IMG/VR virus record: IMGVR_UViG_3300012936_000003
Location: 1 to 64,000 of that record
Strand: one strand, 5' to 3'
DNA from: a virus
Length of the DNA: 64,000 nt
Shown here: piece after piece, positions 29,293 to 39,894 of the stretch
How positions within the stretch are numbered: position 1 is the first letter of the stretch
Layout of the letters: each line of letters opens with the position of its first letter
Position numbers and translations under genes: made by a program
The notes under the pieces: generated by a model
The model's input: only the letters and a program-made list of their open reading frames with translations
Told to the model about the DNA's origin: nothing
Databases searched by the model: none

Positions 29293-30753
29293 TTATTCCA
29301 CCCTAAACTTAAAAGTTTCAGGCTGTTGCTGTGGATTCCCTTCAATCTCATATTGGAGTTCAATTCTGTATGCAAAGTTTGGCTCCAAAATTTCCATTCC
29401 GAAGTCAAAATAGTTGCCGTTCTTGTCATATGACAGTGCTGTTTGCTCTCCATAGTCTATCACGATTTCCTCATCAACTACCCTAACGATTCTAAAGTAC
29501 GCTTTTTCAATTATGCTGCTTTCTATTTTCTTACTCGCCTTTGTATAAATAGTTGGATTCCAATCTTTTAATCGGCAATATAATTTAAACCTTGCTGTTT
29601 CATCGCTAGAATAGACGCTTTTCATATTCGTGATGTTCGTGACGTACACCGGCATCGTCTCAGATGCAACACTTCTGGTTAGTACGTTGATTTCTTCCGA
29701 ATGATACACAGTTTCTGCTGCGTCTTGCCAATCTGCATAAACAGTGTCTTTGTCGGTATCAATGACGAAAGATGCTTCATAAACGCCCGGTTCTGTATTG
29801 GTTACCGATAGATTCGTCAGAGAAATTTCTTCTTGCTTTTCTTCGTCAGAGTAGATTTTAAGCGTCATGGCGTTACCCTCACCGACCCCATTAATATTTT
29901 TTGGATTGCCCGAGACGACATTCTTTAAATAAATATTATTTGTGTTGTCAGTGTCGTCTCGTAAATTAGACTTTCTGTAAAAAAGACCACGATCATCTTT
30001 TACTGAGGAGTCCCAAGATGCTTCAATGACCGGTCTCTTAAAGAAATATTCTGTACCACGGGCAAAAAATCTTTTCGTGTAGAAAGATTCTCTTGTCTCG
30101 CAGTTTTCTTCTGAAGATTCAAGCATTAAAATAAAACCATAGTTATCAATGGTTTCAGCAATCCATGCCTCTACGACATTTGTCACATCAACCTCCAAGT
30201 CTTCTGTACCCTTTTCAAACGTCATTGATTTAGTGTAGCCCTCGGCAATGTAGTCTCCCCCCTCAGTGTCCCAAGAAGTAGACTCATCGCAGCTTTCCCA
30301 GTCTGCACCTTTGCCGCCGCCGCTGGCTCCTTTGTCAGAATACTCCTCCATGTCCAGTCCAATGCCCTCTGTCCAGTCTCGTGACAGTGGATAAATCTTG
30401 ATCGTAAAAGCCGATGGGAGCGTGAATCCGTGAACTGCGTTGTACAACTTCAATACAAAATCAACAGAACCAGCATCTGGAATATCTCCAGACGCACGGG
30501 CTGCGGCGATCTCCGAAACTGGGAAGCTGACCAAAATTCTTGCCTTCTCAACTGTGTTTACAATTTGTCCCTCATCGTCTCTTATGAAGTCACCCGATTC
30601 TGTCAAGGGTGGTACTCCCTGTGCATATAACGAGAAAATCTCGGAGGTGTCCGAAGCGCCCATGTTGGAGTCAGTGGCTCGGCTAAGCAAGTCTGCTCTC
30701 AGGGCATTGGTTATGGTTGTGTCCTTAGACGCTCTGTATTTCTTAATAGCCAT
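29293..30753 (-). CDS. DNRLRE/CBM96-like domain baseplate protein
   Basis: ASKDTTI…ARILVSF…LKLY…IYPLSRDWTEG…DVTNVVEAWI…NYGFIL…RPVIEASW pattern. Confidence 0.65.
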   Translation of the reverse strand: MAIKKYRASKDTTITNALRADLLSRATDSNMGASDTSEIFSLYAQGVPPLTESGDFIRDDEGQIVNTVEKARILVSFPVSEIAAARASGDIPDAGSVDFVLKLYNAVHGFTLPSAFTIKIYPLSRDWTEGIGLDMEEYSDKGASGGGKGADWESCDESTSWDTEGGDYIAEGYTKSMTFEKGTEDLEVDVTNVVEAWIAETIDNYGFILMLESSEENCETRESFYTKRFFARGTEYFFKRPVIEASWDSSVKDDRGLFYRKSNLRDDTDNTNNIYLKNVVSGNPKNINGVGEGNAMTLKIYSDEEKQEEISLTNLSVTNTEPGVYEASFVIDTDKDTVYADWQDAAETVYHSEEINVLTRSVASETMPVYVTNITNMKSVYSSDETARFKLYCRLKDWNPTIYTKASKKIESSIIEKAYFRIVRVVDEEIVIDYGEQTALSYDKNGNYFDFGMEILEPNFAYRIELQYEIEGNPQQQPETFKFRVE

Positions 30754-32561
30754 TATTTAATCACTCCGTTAATATCTTCTTTGAGGAACTTAATTTCCCA
30801 CAAGCAGTTTTTGGGAATGTCAATGTATCTTCCATCTGGTGAGATATTTGTCTTCACGTTGTAACGAATGTCCGAATAGTTGCCGCCCGCTCGCAGCGAG
30901 ATGTTAACATTAGAAACATCCACAACACCTTCAATATCTTTCAGAATTTTATACACATCGGTAATAAAGAATGGTTCGCCAATCTCGGGATGTTTAAAAA
31001 AGTGTCTTTTTAGTGCCCCAATCGCCTCTTGTAGAATTTCAAATTTTTCCATATCAGTTCTGCCGATTGCCTCAAAGTCAATCGCTAGGTTGATTACCTT
31101 GGCATCCATAATATCAATCGTATCATTGACCATTTTATTTTTCGTCAGCCAAGTTTTCAAGTTGTTCTTAATTGTATCATTTGTTCTTTCCAGATTGCCA
31201 CCCTGTGATTCGGAAACAACATACATGTTTAGGTTTCTTTTCAAAGAGTCTGCATCTCTATAGATCCTGCACCTCTTTAGGGCACCGAACTTCGGAGGCA
31301 TTGCGTATGCCATAGCCTCATAGTCCTTTGCGGTAACCGCACGGTTTTGAGTGGCGAACGTATCCAAGATACGCATTTTTAATTCCTGACTGGTCGGTAG
31401 AGAAACATCGCCGACAATAGGTTCTTCATTGATGCACTCCAAAGTTCTCATGACCGCCTGAACCTCGTTTTCGCTCAAAGTATTTCTGTTCTTAAACTCA
31501 AAAAACGGCGAAACCACCTTAGTCAAAGTACCGCTAAAAGCGTTCGTGTCGTTCACGCTGTTGATTCTATAGACAATGTTTAGTGTAGTATTTGACGGGG
31601 CGACACCAAACTCATCAGACTCTACCAGCTTATGGGGGTCAAAGGAGTCGTCTGAAATATACGGTGCGCCGTGGCGACGGAGGACAACATTAGCTGGATC
31701 TACCACTGAAGTGTTTACCCTGTTGTCTAAATCAATTTCTAGATCTGAGCCACCGCCGAACATGATTTTCATTTTATCTCTGAGTCTTTCCGTGACAAAT
31801 CTGCGAGACACCTGAAATGGTTTTAAGATCTCGGGAGCGTCAAATCTGTCTTCGTTTCGGTTCGTTACCGGCTTGTAGATAATGTCTTGCGACAAGTATT
31901 CCACCTCGTAATATTCATGACCTTCGCTGTCTGTGACTGATACAACCTCAGCAACGTCATTAACGTCTAGAGATACTTCCCTGAACTTACGATGCGCTCC
32001 AACCTCCGTGAACTGTTCTGTCAAACGACCAGAGACTACACGACCATGAGCCTTCACTGCGTATGCAACAGGCACACCTGAACCCTCATCCACTCTGGCT
32101 ACACGGACTTCGTTTGACGGATGATCAAAGTGAACATCTTGATCTAACATAAAATATGCGCCACTCGTAGACTGAAACTGAGATTTTCTTTTCAAGATCG
32201 GCATGTAAGCAATATCCGGAGCCAAGCCGGTTGAGTTTGCAGGACACAAGATATAGAACGTGGCTACACCATACGAAGATGGATTACCTCTGAACTTGTA
32301 ACCAAGTTGCTTACCTAGTTTTAAAATATTATCATATTCCGTGGCAGTGTCAAGGAAACTTTCGTTTGCTTGATAGTCCAAATAGAAAGATAGAATGTCG
32401 CCGACATAGGCAACAGTATCCAACATTAAAGAACCAAACGACGCTTCACTAAAATCTCGGAAGGTCTCTGGATAATATCTCTTTACATAATCAATCAAGG
32501 ATTCCTTAATTGTTTCAAACTCTCTGCTTGTATATTTTATTGGCACAATCTTTTTTGGCAT
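30753..32561 (-). CDS. Baseplate wedge protein (T4 gp6 / baseplate J-like)
   Basis: YTSREFETIKESLIDY…DFSEASFG…AYVGDILSFYLD…ESFLDTA…LGYK; TQNRAVTAKDYE. Confidence 0.88.
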   Translation of the reverse strand: MPKKIVPIKYTSREFETIKESLIDYVKRYYPETFRDFSEASFGSLMLDTVAYVGDILSFYLDYQANESFLDTATEYDNILKLGKQLGYKFRGNPSSYGVATFYILCPANSTGLAPDIAYMPILKRKSQFQSTSGAYFMLDQDVHFDHPSNEVRVARVDEGSGVPVAYAVKAHGRVVSGRLTEQFTEVGAHRKFREVSLDVNDVAEVVSVTDSEGHEYYEVEYLSQDIIYKPVTNRNEDRFDAPEILKPFQVSRRFVTERLRDKMKIMFGGGSDLEIDLDNRVNTSVVDPANVVLRRHGAPYISDDSFDPHKLVESDEFGVAPSNTTLNIVYRINSVNDTNAFSGTLTKVVSPFFEFKNRNTLSENEVQAVMRTLECINEEPIVGDVSLPTSQELKMRILDTFATQNRAVTAKDYEAMAYAMPPKFGALKRCRIYRDADSLKRNLNMYVVSESQGGNLERTNDTIKNNLKTWLTKNKMVNDTIDIMDAKVINLAIDFEAIGRTDMEKFEILQEAIGALKRHFFKHPEIGEPFFITDVYKILKDIEGVVDVSNVNISLRAGGNYSDIRYNVKTNISPDGRYIDIPKNCLWEIKFLKEDINGVIK

Positions 32562-32562
32562 T

Positions 32563-33000
32563 TTAAATTACTCTCCCTGTGTACCCTTCAGTAAATAGCC
32601 CTCTCTTGTTATCAAAAAACAATTCAAGTTTTGCACCGCTGTCAAGCGGCTTGATCATAAGGTTAACTGCCACATGAAGGTAATTTTCCGGTATACCCGG
32701 CGTTGTATCTGCTGTGAAGAAATCTACAGAAATAATATCAACTGATGGAAGATATTTTTTAGTTTGCTTCTTAATTCTTGCACTAATATCCCCGTGGGTC
32801 GCATTGACATTCTGTTCAAAAAGATAGTTTTTCAACCCCACACCAAAGTCTGGATCCATGATTCTTTCACCCGGACTTGTCAAGATAATCATCTTTAGAT
32901 TTTGCAGAACTAATTCCACAAATCCAGTATTCATCTGATACCCCTGCGTCTCACTATATACTAAAGGTAGTTTCGGTGACAAGCTCCTAACATTTTTCAT
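32563..33000 (-). CDS. Baseplate wedge/sheath initiator (gp25/GPW family)
   Basis: QNLKMIILTSPGERIMDPDFGVGLKNYLFEQ signature. Confidence 0.92.
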   Translation of the reverse strand: MKNVRSLSPKLPLVYSETQGYQMNTGFVELVLQNLKMIILTSPGERIMDPDFGVGLKNYLFEQNVNATHGDISARIKKQTKKYLPSVDIISVDFFTADTTPGIPENYLHVAVNLMIKPLDSGAKLELFFDNKRGLFTEGYTGRVI

Positions 33001-33045
33001 ATCGGTTTCCTCATTGTATAATTATCAGTTAGCACGCTTTATTGC

Positions 33046-36000
33046 CTATTTCTGTGTAGAGGAGAGTATTTTTTCTTTAAGAGCTTTTATTTTCTCTTGT
33101 TTCTCTTTTGCCCTCTGCTCACAAACTTCGGCTGCTTCGTCCTTGCTTGGAGAGTCTTCATCTCCACTATCCTTGAACGGATTACCGATTGGAATCTCAA
33201 AACCAAGTGCCAAATACACAAACCCTAACGGAGTTAGGGGTGGTCCGATGCCGATACCAAGCGGTGGGAATCCAAAAACAGTTGGAGGTAACAAACCGAT
33301 AGATATTGCTGGGATTGGCAAACAAATTCCCGCAAACTTTCCAATATCAATAATAAGTTTTGAGATCTTAATATTGGGATCAATCATTTCTACAATCGCC
33401 TTGAATATAAGGAGCGGAGTTTTGATTGCCAACTTCAAGATCAAGTCAATACCAAGCCCCTTGAATCCAAACCCACCACCAAAGCTAAACGAGAAGCAAG
33501 GTGTACTAATTCCATCAGAAATGTTATCTAAAATTCTGGCTAGGTCTGAGTTGCTTGGTCCTTCAGCCTTGTAGCTGTTATTAAGAAGCGCCATGAATGC
33601 ACGACGTAGCTCGTCCTTTGTTCCCGTAAAGATTGACTCTACATTTGGCGCTGCCGAGACAGACATAATTGTGTACACGGTCATCAGCCCCAAGAAACGA
33701 TCTAACGGGATAGAAAACTTAAACAAAGAACAATATTCTCCGCTTTCAATCATTTGTTCTTTTAGTGACGGAAGTTCACTTTCATATACCGACTCCCACG
33801 ATTTCCCCTCATCAGAAAAAATTGTTAGCAAGTTAGACTTCTTTGTTTGTTCCCAGAAAGATTGAGAAATGTTCGTCTCAACCAGCGGAGTGGGATGTAG
33901 CGTTCTCTCTTGTTCGCTCTGCAAAGTGCTGCTAGGATTTGCCGGATCACCTTCAGACCCTAATCCACGATCTACGGTGGTTGAACTAAATGTATACTTC
34001 TCAGTGACTTGATATGTCTTATACTTTTTACCAATAGATGCCAACTTCTCAAGCATGACTGGGGATTCTAGAGTTGCGACCTCGGTGGATTCAAAATATT
34101 GACCCATGTCAATTGCGCCGCTATTGCTAAATGAACTATAAACATCCTCAAGATTAGACTTGTTCGTCTTGCCTCTTTCAAAGTCTGACAGAGAAACAGG
34201 CGGCACCCACACGAGTCTTAGACCGGGAGAAATCATGGAAAAATAATTTTCCACCTTCCAGAACACTTCCGAATCTTCAGGATCATACAAACCCTCTACC
34301 GTCTCGCTGTTAAAAAGATTAAATTCTTGTGTCTGTAGACCCACTGTCTTCTGGTGTGTTCGCTTTTTAAGATTATCTATAATTTCTTTAAACAGATCTG
34401 CAAACTTGCTCTCCATCTCAGATACCGAAAAGTAAAAATCTCCGGTTTTCTGCCCAAAAGCAGTTTCAAAAGCAGCTTCAATAATTTCCTTAGCAGCCGT
34501 CAACTGTTTCTCTTTCAACTGTGCTGCGTCTAATCCTGTGTTGGTTGAGCCTGCTCCTTGTTCAATGATACTTCCGAACGACTCTACAAATTGTTCAGAA
34601 ATACTATAGTCACCCTTGAGGCTGATATAATAATATCTCTCCAAGAACAAGTTTCCGTTTGTTAGATCAAACGCTTTTCCATTTTCAAACTTTGTTTTTG
34701 TTTCGGCGATTCTACTAACCTTTGTTGCAACATTTGTTTCATTATCAACGCCAGCGCCGTCACGTTCAGGGTTATCTCCAATGTATTCATACACTGGATT
34801 ATCTATTTCTCCCTGACGGATATTTGAGAATCTAACTGAATCATCTATGGGAACATCAATAACCGGCACCCACTCTTTGATGAGCTTGTCATGAACGTTG
34901 AGAGTGTTTTCAAATTGAATAGCCTGAAGTGCTTCGTCTCTCTGAAACAAATCTCTCATCTCAACCGCCACAACGGCAAATTCATGAATAAATAACAACT
35001 TGAGAATCTTCAGTGCTTCTTCTTCAGGATCTGCATCTGTGACGTGTTCGTTGTCATCGTCCGTTTCAGATGATGGTGCTACAGGCTCCACTTCGTCTGG
35101 CGACGGTGGAGTGTCTGGTTCTTGTGGAACCAGAGTCATGATGTATTCCATGAATTTGTCGTAATACGAATCGTTATAAGAAATCATCTCCTCTTGCATC
35201 TTTTTGATCATGAACTCTAGGACATAATCATCAAGATTGTCCTCAACTGAGAACTCGGCGAAAGCAAAAATACCACGCATAAAATAATCAATCACGTAGG
35301 CTCGGATGGTCATCTGAACAACAGATTTTATCATTGCCTCTCTAAGTGGATCGGGTTGTTCCTCGCCTTCTTCAACTTCTTTCTCAATCAATGAGCACAT
35401 ACCGCCGCCGTTTTCAAAGGCATCCTTTGCAGCTTTTTTAAACTCTTGCACAGACAAGAGATGGGGGTCTACACCGCAGACCTTTTCATACTTGTCTGGT
35501 TCTCGGGAGAAAACAATTTTTTCCAACACAGGCACGCTGGCTTCTACATCTGCGGCACCATTGCTCTGGCTCATGGGGCTCGGCTCGTTGTCAAAGAGAA
35601 CGCTGCTAGAAATTTGCTTTGCAATCAATGACATTATATCATTCGTAACCTGCGGATGCACGAAGTTACTGTAGAATTTTCTCAACTTTTCAAGATATTC
35701 TTCTGCTGCCGGATCAAGCGACCCGCCGTCTTCAGTTAAAACATATTCCCACTTTCTTTTCGCCATCAAACCAAACACAGCCTGCTGTGGAGGTAGTTTA
35801 TATACATCAAATTTATTTACATATTTGTAGTTCCAACAGCCCGTGCTCTGCCACAATTCTTGAAGAACTTCCCACAAGTCTGGTCTGTGCATGTGTAAAA
35901 GAATGTACTCACATCGTGCGTCACCTTCTAGGAGAAGCGCCTCTCTATACGCATCGGACGGACTAATATTCTCATTATATTGTTCTGCTGGGAACTCTAC

Positions 36001-39000
36001 AACTTGATCCAAGTTTGACTCAATTGGGTCACAGTCAGCTTCAGGAGACTTATAAACGTAAACACGAACAATTTCTCCATCCACCTCAATCTGAGTCGTC
36101 ATTGTCCCTTCTTCAGTAATCGCATCATCAGTACCAAATTCTGCTCCCGTGGCTTCAAACACGCTGGCAGATTGACCCGGTGCAAGACCCTGAATATAAT
36201 CTCTCGCACACTCCTCCACCGGCACTTCTACCTCTCTCCTTAGTCCCAATTCGGACATTGGATCATCACCGGGGAAAATCTCTATAATATACTCGTCATC
36301 AACTCTCTGACCGTAATCCTTGTCAATAAACTGCCAAGGGTTTTTATATCTCACCTTCCAGTCCGGCATGAACTTCATCAAAGAATCCAGATCAAAGTCT
36401 GGTAAGTTTGGCACGCCGCTAAGCTGCTCTTTTAACTGTTCCAGTGCGATTCTTGTATCGGGATCGGGTGGCAGGACAAGCTCATAATAGATTCCCTCGT
36501 TGTCCATTTTTGTTATAAACGCTCCGGAGCCTTCCAGACCCTGCAACAAAGTCTTTGTGGTAATACAGGTTTGTCGCCTACCCACCTCAACTGGAATCTT
36601 CTTGTTTCCGGCATCTTCTGCTTTTCCAAATCCTGTGTCAAAGTCAAATGTAATTCCCTGCGCTTCCATTCTTCTAACTTCGGGGTGCCACACGTACTCA
36701 CCCGATTCTGTTGTGAACGAAGCATTCACCTCTTTCTTTACATTTGTGGACGAAATCATGACCGACTGATACGAGGACGCATCCCTGTTGAACGCCATAT
36801 AAATTGGTTCAAAAACTGTATCTAAAACAGTGTCAAGCATAAAATCAATAGAATCATGTTTTAACTGTATGAGACCGGGTTTTGGATTTCCGAACTCGTC
36901 TGTTCCGCAAAACAGGGGCGGCATCGCATCCTGAAATGGATTCGCAGCGCCGGTCTGAAGGTCTGCCAACTTGTTCATGAGATCTTGAAGTGCTTCACCT
37001 CTTTTCCTTTTTCTTTCTTTAGCCCTATCAAGCTGTTCTAGGATCTGATCTTCCGTAATGTCGTCGCCCTTAGCTCTTAATCTTTCAGCTTCTGGTGTAT
37101 CCAAATTATCAACAATTACGCATGATTGATCATAACTTCTCATTGTTCTTGGAGAACGGGCGAGAGTGTCACAGAATTCACTGGTGACCATACGACCAAC
37201 CATCATCATGAAATCTTTAATCTTTGTTTTCGTATTTAATTTCTTTGCAAAAGACGGATACTTCTTTCTAATGAGTGCACGAACAATTGACAATGTTCTC
37301 TGTGATGCCATTCCCTTCAACAGTCTGCAAAGTTCTGATGGAGGCAACAACATTGACACGTCTTGTAAAATATTAGCTAAGTCTGCAAGCCTGTCACGCT
37401 TTTGTTCTTCCGTGAGCGGTTCATTAAAATCTCCAGAAAGCAACCCCATTGCATCAAGAATGTCTCTCTTGTCTGCATCTGTTTTCTTATCCGCTTCGTC
37501 TTGATTAACTGCTGTCTGATTTGCCGCATCTTCAATTGCATCATTAATATTCGTGGCGTTATCTTCTGCCTCGTCCTTACACAGCGACAACAAAGACTCA
37601 ACTAAATCTTTAATCATCTGCACGAACGCCTCAGTGAGTGCTTGAACAATCGCATTAAAAATTTCCGCAGACAAGTCTGCCATAATGTCCATGGTTGGCA
37701 ACTCATCAGGAAAATCAATTGATGGGACTTTTGGAAGTGAAAGACATGGCAACTCTAGTGGTAAAGGAATGTCAATATCTAAATCAATCTTAAAGTCTGT
37801 GTTGAAACATGCAAGTATTGCGCCAACCAAGTCCATCAGCGTAATCTTATTCATAACGACCGCAAAGACATCATCAAGCTCTGTAACCTTTGCCAGCGCA
37901 CCATCAATATCAGCCAAGATAGGCTCACCCACAAAGTCAACAGTGAGAAGCGCCTCCTCCCTAATCTGAGAGCGAATACCTTCGCCAGACATTTTTAAAT
38001 CTTCTTTTAACTTCAGTGCAGACCCTTTCAAGGAGTTACCCATTGTCTTCAAACCAGAAGCAATACTATCAATACTCATGTCCATACAGACTTCACCCGA
38101 CGAGCCTGAACTGTCAGAAGGATTTAATTCTTTATCTAATTTATCTGCCGCTGTAAGCCCCGAAGAAGACGGATTATCTTCGTTACCCATTGAAGAAATG
38201 TCTGCTGGGGAGTCTTTACCGGGCTTTGATGGGCGAATTTCTACTGACTCGTAATCAGTAAACCTGCCAACGTATTCCATCCAATCCATACCCTGCTTGC
38301 CTGCATCTTCCATGTCGTAAAGATAAAACAAATATCTTACCGAGCGTTGTGAGTCTGCTGGTTCGCTATCAACGAAGGATGACCATCCAGACGTGAGCGC
38401 CTTGTAATGCCCCGTGGAGTTCTCTGCTGCATAAATTGGAACATAATCCCCATCTAAACCAAGTTCAATGGAGTGTGTTCCGGATGTTGCAACACCGTTC
38501 GCCGACAACAGCGTATCAAACGATTGAATAAATCTTTCAAATCTATCTGCCTCTTTCCGGAAGTCTAGATTTTTTACCTCGCCAGAAAAATTATCTACAA
38601 CAGTGGCATAAGACTTCATGTGACCTGAGACTCTTTTTACTCGGTCCTTATATGATTTGGACGGATCCAAAAATAAAACAATTTGTCGCACGGTGCCGTC
38701 ACGGATTTTATAATCTTCCATGTAGACGGACCCAGAAAACTCTGGTCTTCCAAGATCGTCAACGCTCTTGACCGGATCTTCAATTTCTGGTGTCTTGTCT
38801 TTTAGCTTGCCGATATACTTCATGGGAAGCGTCACGAGAACTCTCATCGTTTCGTTAGGCTGTAACGAGACATAATAGTCTTCTACACGAACTGCCGCTT
38901 CGGCAGCTACAACTGTTTGTGCATATTCGTCCGTGTCTTCTTTCCCAAGATCCGAAAGCAGCAATTTCACAGCAGGAACTCTTGCTTCCAACATCCTGCT

Positions 39001-39885
39001 TTCAAGCTCAGAGCCACCGGTAGATGTATGCTCTGTATCATACGAGATGCACCACTTCTTAGATTTCGTATCCTTAAACGGCTTGTTCGGCTCCTTGGCA
39101 GTCCAGTCAGGAGAAATGGTAAATACTTCACCCGAAGCGGGATCAGAACAGTCATATTCCAAATAAGTTTCGCTAGACGTATCCAACTTTTTTGCAAACT
39201 TGTTATATACAAATCCCCGCTCTGAGCCAACGGAAACTTCATCCCACTCGCACTTGTAGCCCACGCCGGGATCTCTTACCGTAAACCCTTCGCCACTATC
39301 CAGCATCCTGATGAGTGCACCTTTTTTATTTATATCTTTTGATGCGTTCTCAGAAACCTTAACAGAAGCGGGTGTTTGTCTTAGCGCCAGTCTTGAACCA
39401 TTAGCATCAACGTAATGTGTCTTGTTTGTAGTCGGCTTTGGCAAAACCGGAGTTTTCTTTCTTTCTTGTTCTGTGGTGTCTGTCTCTGTCTCCGGTTGTG
39501 AATTCTGTGGCTCAATCTTTTTCTCTGTAGGTTCAGCCGCTTGAGTGGTTTTCGGAGCAAAAGATGTTCCCGACTTCAACTTGTTCAGTGCTTCTTCCCG
39601 CTGAGTGCCTGTACGGCAAACTTGTGGGTAGCGAGCACAGTATGCATCTCTATCCGCACTCGTAACAGTCATCTCTATTCCAGCACGATAAACTCCGGGG
39701 TTAGGTGCGAGAGACTTCTCTCCCATCATGCCCTCAACGTCCATCTCAATTTCTGCTTTGACCATATCATGAATAAATTTTTGAACATTTTTATTCTTTT
39801 CGTAGTCGTACCCGAACTGCTCTGACCAATACTTTTTGTATTGTTTGTCTTCGTAATTAAGATCTGATTTTTTTAGCTTAGCCAT
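33046..39885 (-). CDS. 2279-aa tail-associated protein with SH3b-like domain and hydrophobic Pro-rich C-terminus
   Basis: YVDANGSRLALRQTP…IRMLDSGEGFTV…EWDEVSVGSERGFVYNKF (SH3b pattern), amphipathic helical core, C-terminal hydrophobic segments; lies between the spike and gp25. Confidence 0.55.
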   Translation of the reverse strand: MAKLKKSDLNYEDKQYKKYWSEQFGYDYEKNKNVQKFIHDMVKAEIEMDVEGMMGEKSLAPNPGVYRAGIEMTVTSADRDAYCARYPQVCRTGTQREEALNKLKSGTSFAPKTTQAAEPTEKKIEPQNSQPETETDTTEQERKKTPVLPKPTTNKTHYVDANGSRLALRQTPASVKVSENASKDINKKGALIRMLDSGEGFTVRDPGVGYKCEWDEVSVGSERGFVYNKFAKKLDTSSETYLEYDCSDPASGEVFTISPDWTAKEPNKPFKDTKSKKWCISYDTEHTSTGGSELESRMLEARVPAVKLLLSDLGKEDTDEYAQTVVAAEAAVRVEDYYVSLQPNETMRVLVTLPMKYIGKLKDKTPEIEDPVKSVDDLGRPEFSGSVYMEDYKIRDGTVRQIVLFLDPSKSYKDRVKRVSGHMKSYATVVDNFSGEVKNLDFRKEADRFERFIQSFDTLLSANGVATSGTHSIELGLDGDYVPIYAAENSTGHYKALTSGWSSFVDSEPADSQRSVRYLFYLYDMEDAGKQGMDWMEYVGRFTDYESVEIRPSKPGKDSPADISSMGNEDNPSSSGLTAADKLDKELNPSDSSGSSGEVCMDMSIDSIASGLKTMGNSLKGSALKLKEDLKMSGEGIRSQIREEALLTVDFVGEPILADIDGALAKVTELDDVFAVVMNKITLMDLVGAILACFNTDFKIDLDIDIPLPLELPCLSLPKVPSIDFPDELPTMDIMADLSAEIFNAIVQALTEAFVQMIKDLVESLLSLCKDEAEDNATNINDAIEDAANQTAVNQDEADKKTDADKRDILDAMGLLSGDFNEPLTEEQKRDRLADLANILQDVSMLLPPSELCRLLKGMASQRTLSIVRALIRKKYPSFAKKLNTKTKIKDFMMMVGRMVTSEFCDTLARSPRTMRSYDQSCVIVDNLDTPEAERLRAKGDDITEDQILEQLDRAKERKRKRGEALQDLMNKLADLQTGAANPFQDAMPPLFCGTDEFGNPKPGLIQLKHDSIDFMLDTVLDTVFEPIYMAFNRDASSYQSVMISSTNVKKEVNASFTTESGEYVWHPEVRRMEAQGITFDFDTGFGKAEDAGNKKIPVEVGRRQTCITTKTLLQGLEGSGAFITKMDNEGIYYELVLPPDPDTRIALEQLKEQLSGVPNLPDFDLDSLMKFMPDWKVRYKNPWQFIDKDYGQRVDDEYIIEIFPGDDPMSELGLRREVEVPVEECARDYIQGLAPGQSASVFEATGAEFGTDDAITEEGTMTTQIEVDGEIVRVYVYKSPEADCDPIESNLDQVVEFPAEQYNENISPSDAYREALLLEGDARCEYILLHMHRPDLWEVLQELWQSTGCWNYKYVNKFDVYKLPPQQAVFGLMAKRKWEYVLTEDGGSLDPAAEEYLEKLRKFYSNFVHPQVTNDIMSLIAKQISSSVLFDNEPSPMSQSNGAADVEASVPVLEKIVFSREPDKYEKVCGVDPHLLSVQEFKKAAKDAFENGGGMCSLIEKEVEEGEEQPDPLREAMIKSVVQMTIRAYVIDYFMRGIFAFAEFSVEDNLDDYVLEFMIKKMQEEMISYNDSYYDKFMEYIMTLVPQEPDTPPSPDEVEPVAPSSETDDDNEHVTDADPEEEALKILKLLFIHEFAVVAVEMRDLFQRDEALQAIQFENTLNVHDKLIKEWVPVIDVPIDDSVRFSNIRQGEIDNPVYEYIGDNPERDGAGVDNETNVATKVSRIAETKTKFENGKAFDLTNGNLFLERYYYISLKGDYSISEQFVESFGSIIEQGAGSTNTGLDAAQLKEKQLTAAKEIIEAAFETAFGQKTGDFYFSVSEMESKFADLFKEIIDNLKKRTHQKTVGLQTQEFNLFNSETVEGLYDPEDSEVFWKVENYFSMISPGLRLVWVPPVSLSDFERGKTNKSNLEDVYSSFSNSGAIDMGQYFESTEVATLESPVMLEKLASIGKKYKTYQVTEKYTFSSTTVDRGLGSEGDPANPSSTLQSEQERTLHPTPLVETNISQSFWEQTKKSNLLTIFSDEGKSWESVYESELPSLKEQMIESGEYCSLFKFSIPLDRFLGLMTVYTIMSVSAAPNVESIFTGTKDELRRAFMALLNNSYKAEGPSNSDLARILDNISDGISTPCFSFSFGGGFGFKGLGIDLILKLAIKTPLLIFKAIVEMIDPNIKISKLIIDIGKFAGICLPIPAISIGLLPPTVFGFPPLGIGIGPPLTPLGFVYLALGFEIPIGNPFKDSGDEDSPSKDEAAEVCEQRAKEKQEKIKALKEKILSSTQK

Positions 39886-39894
39886 CTTTATCCC

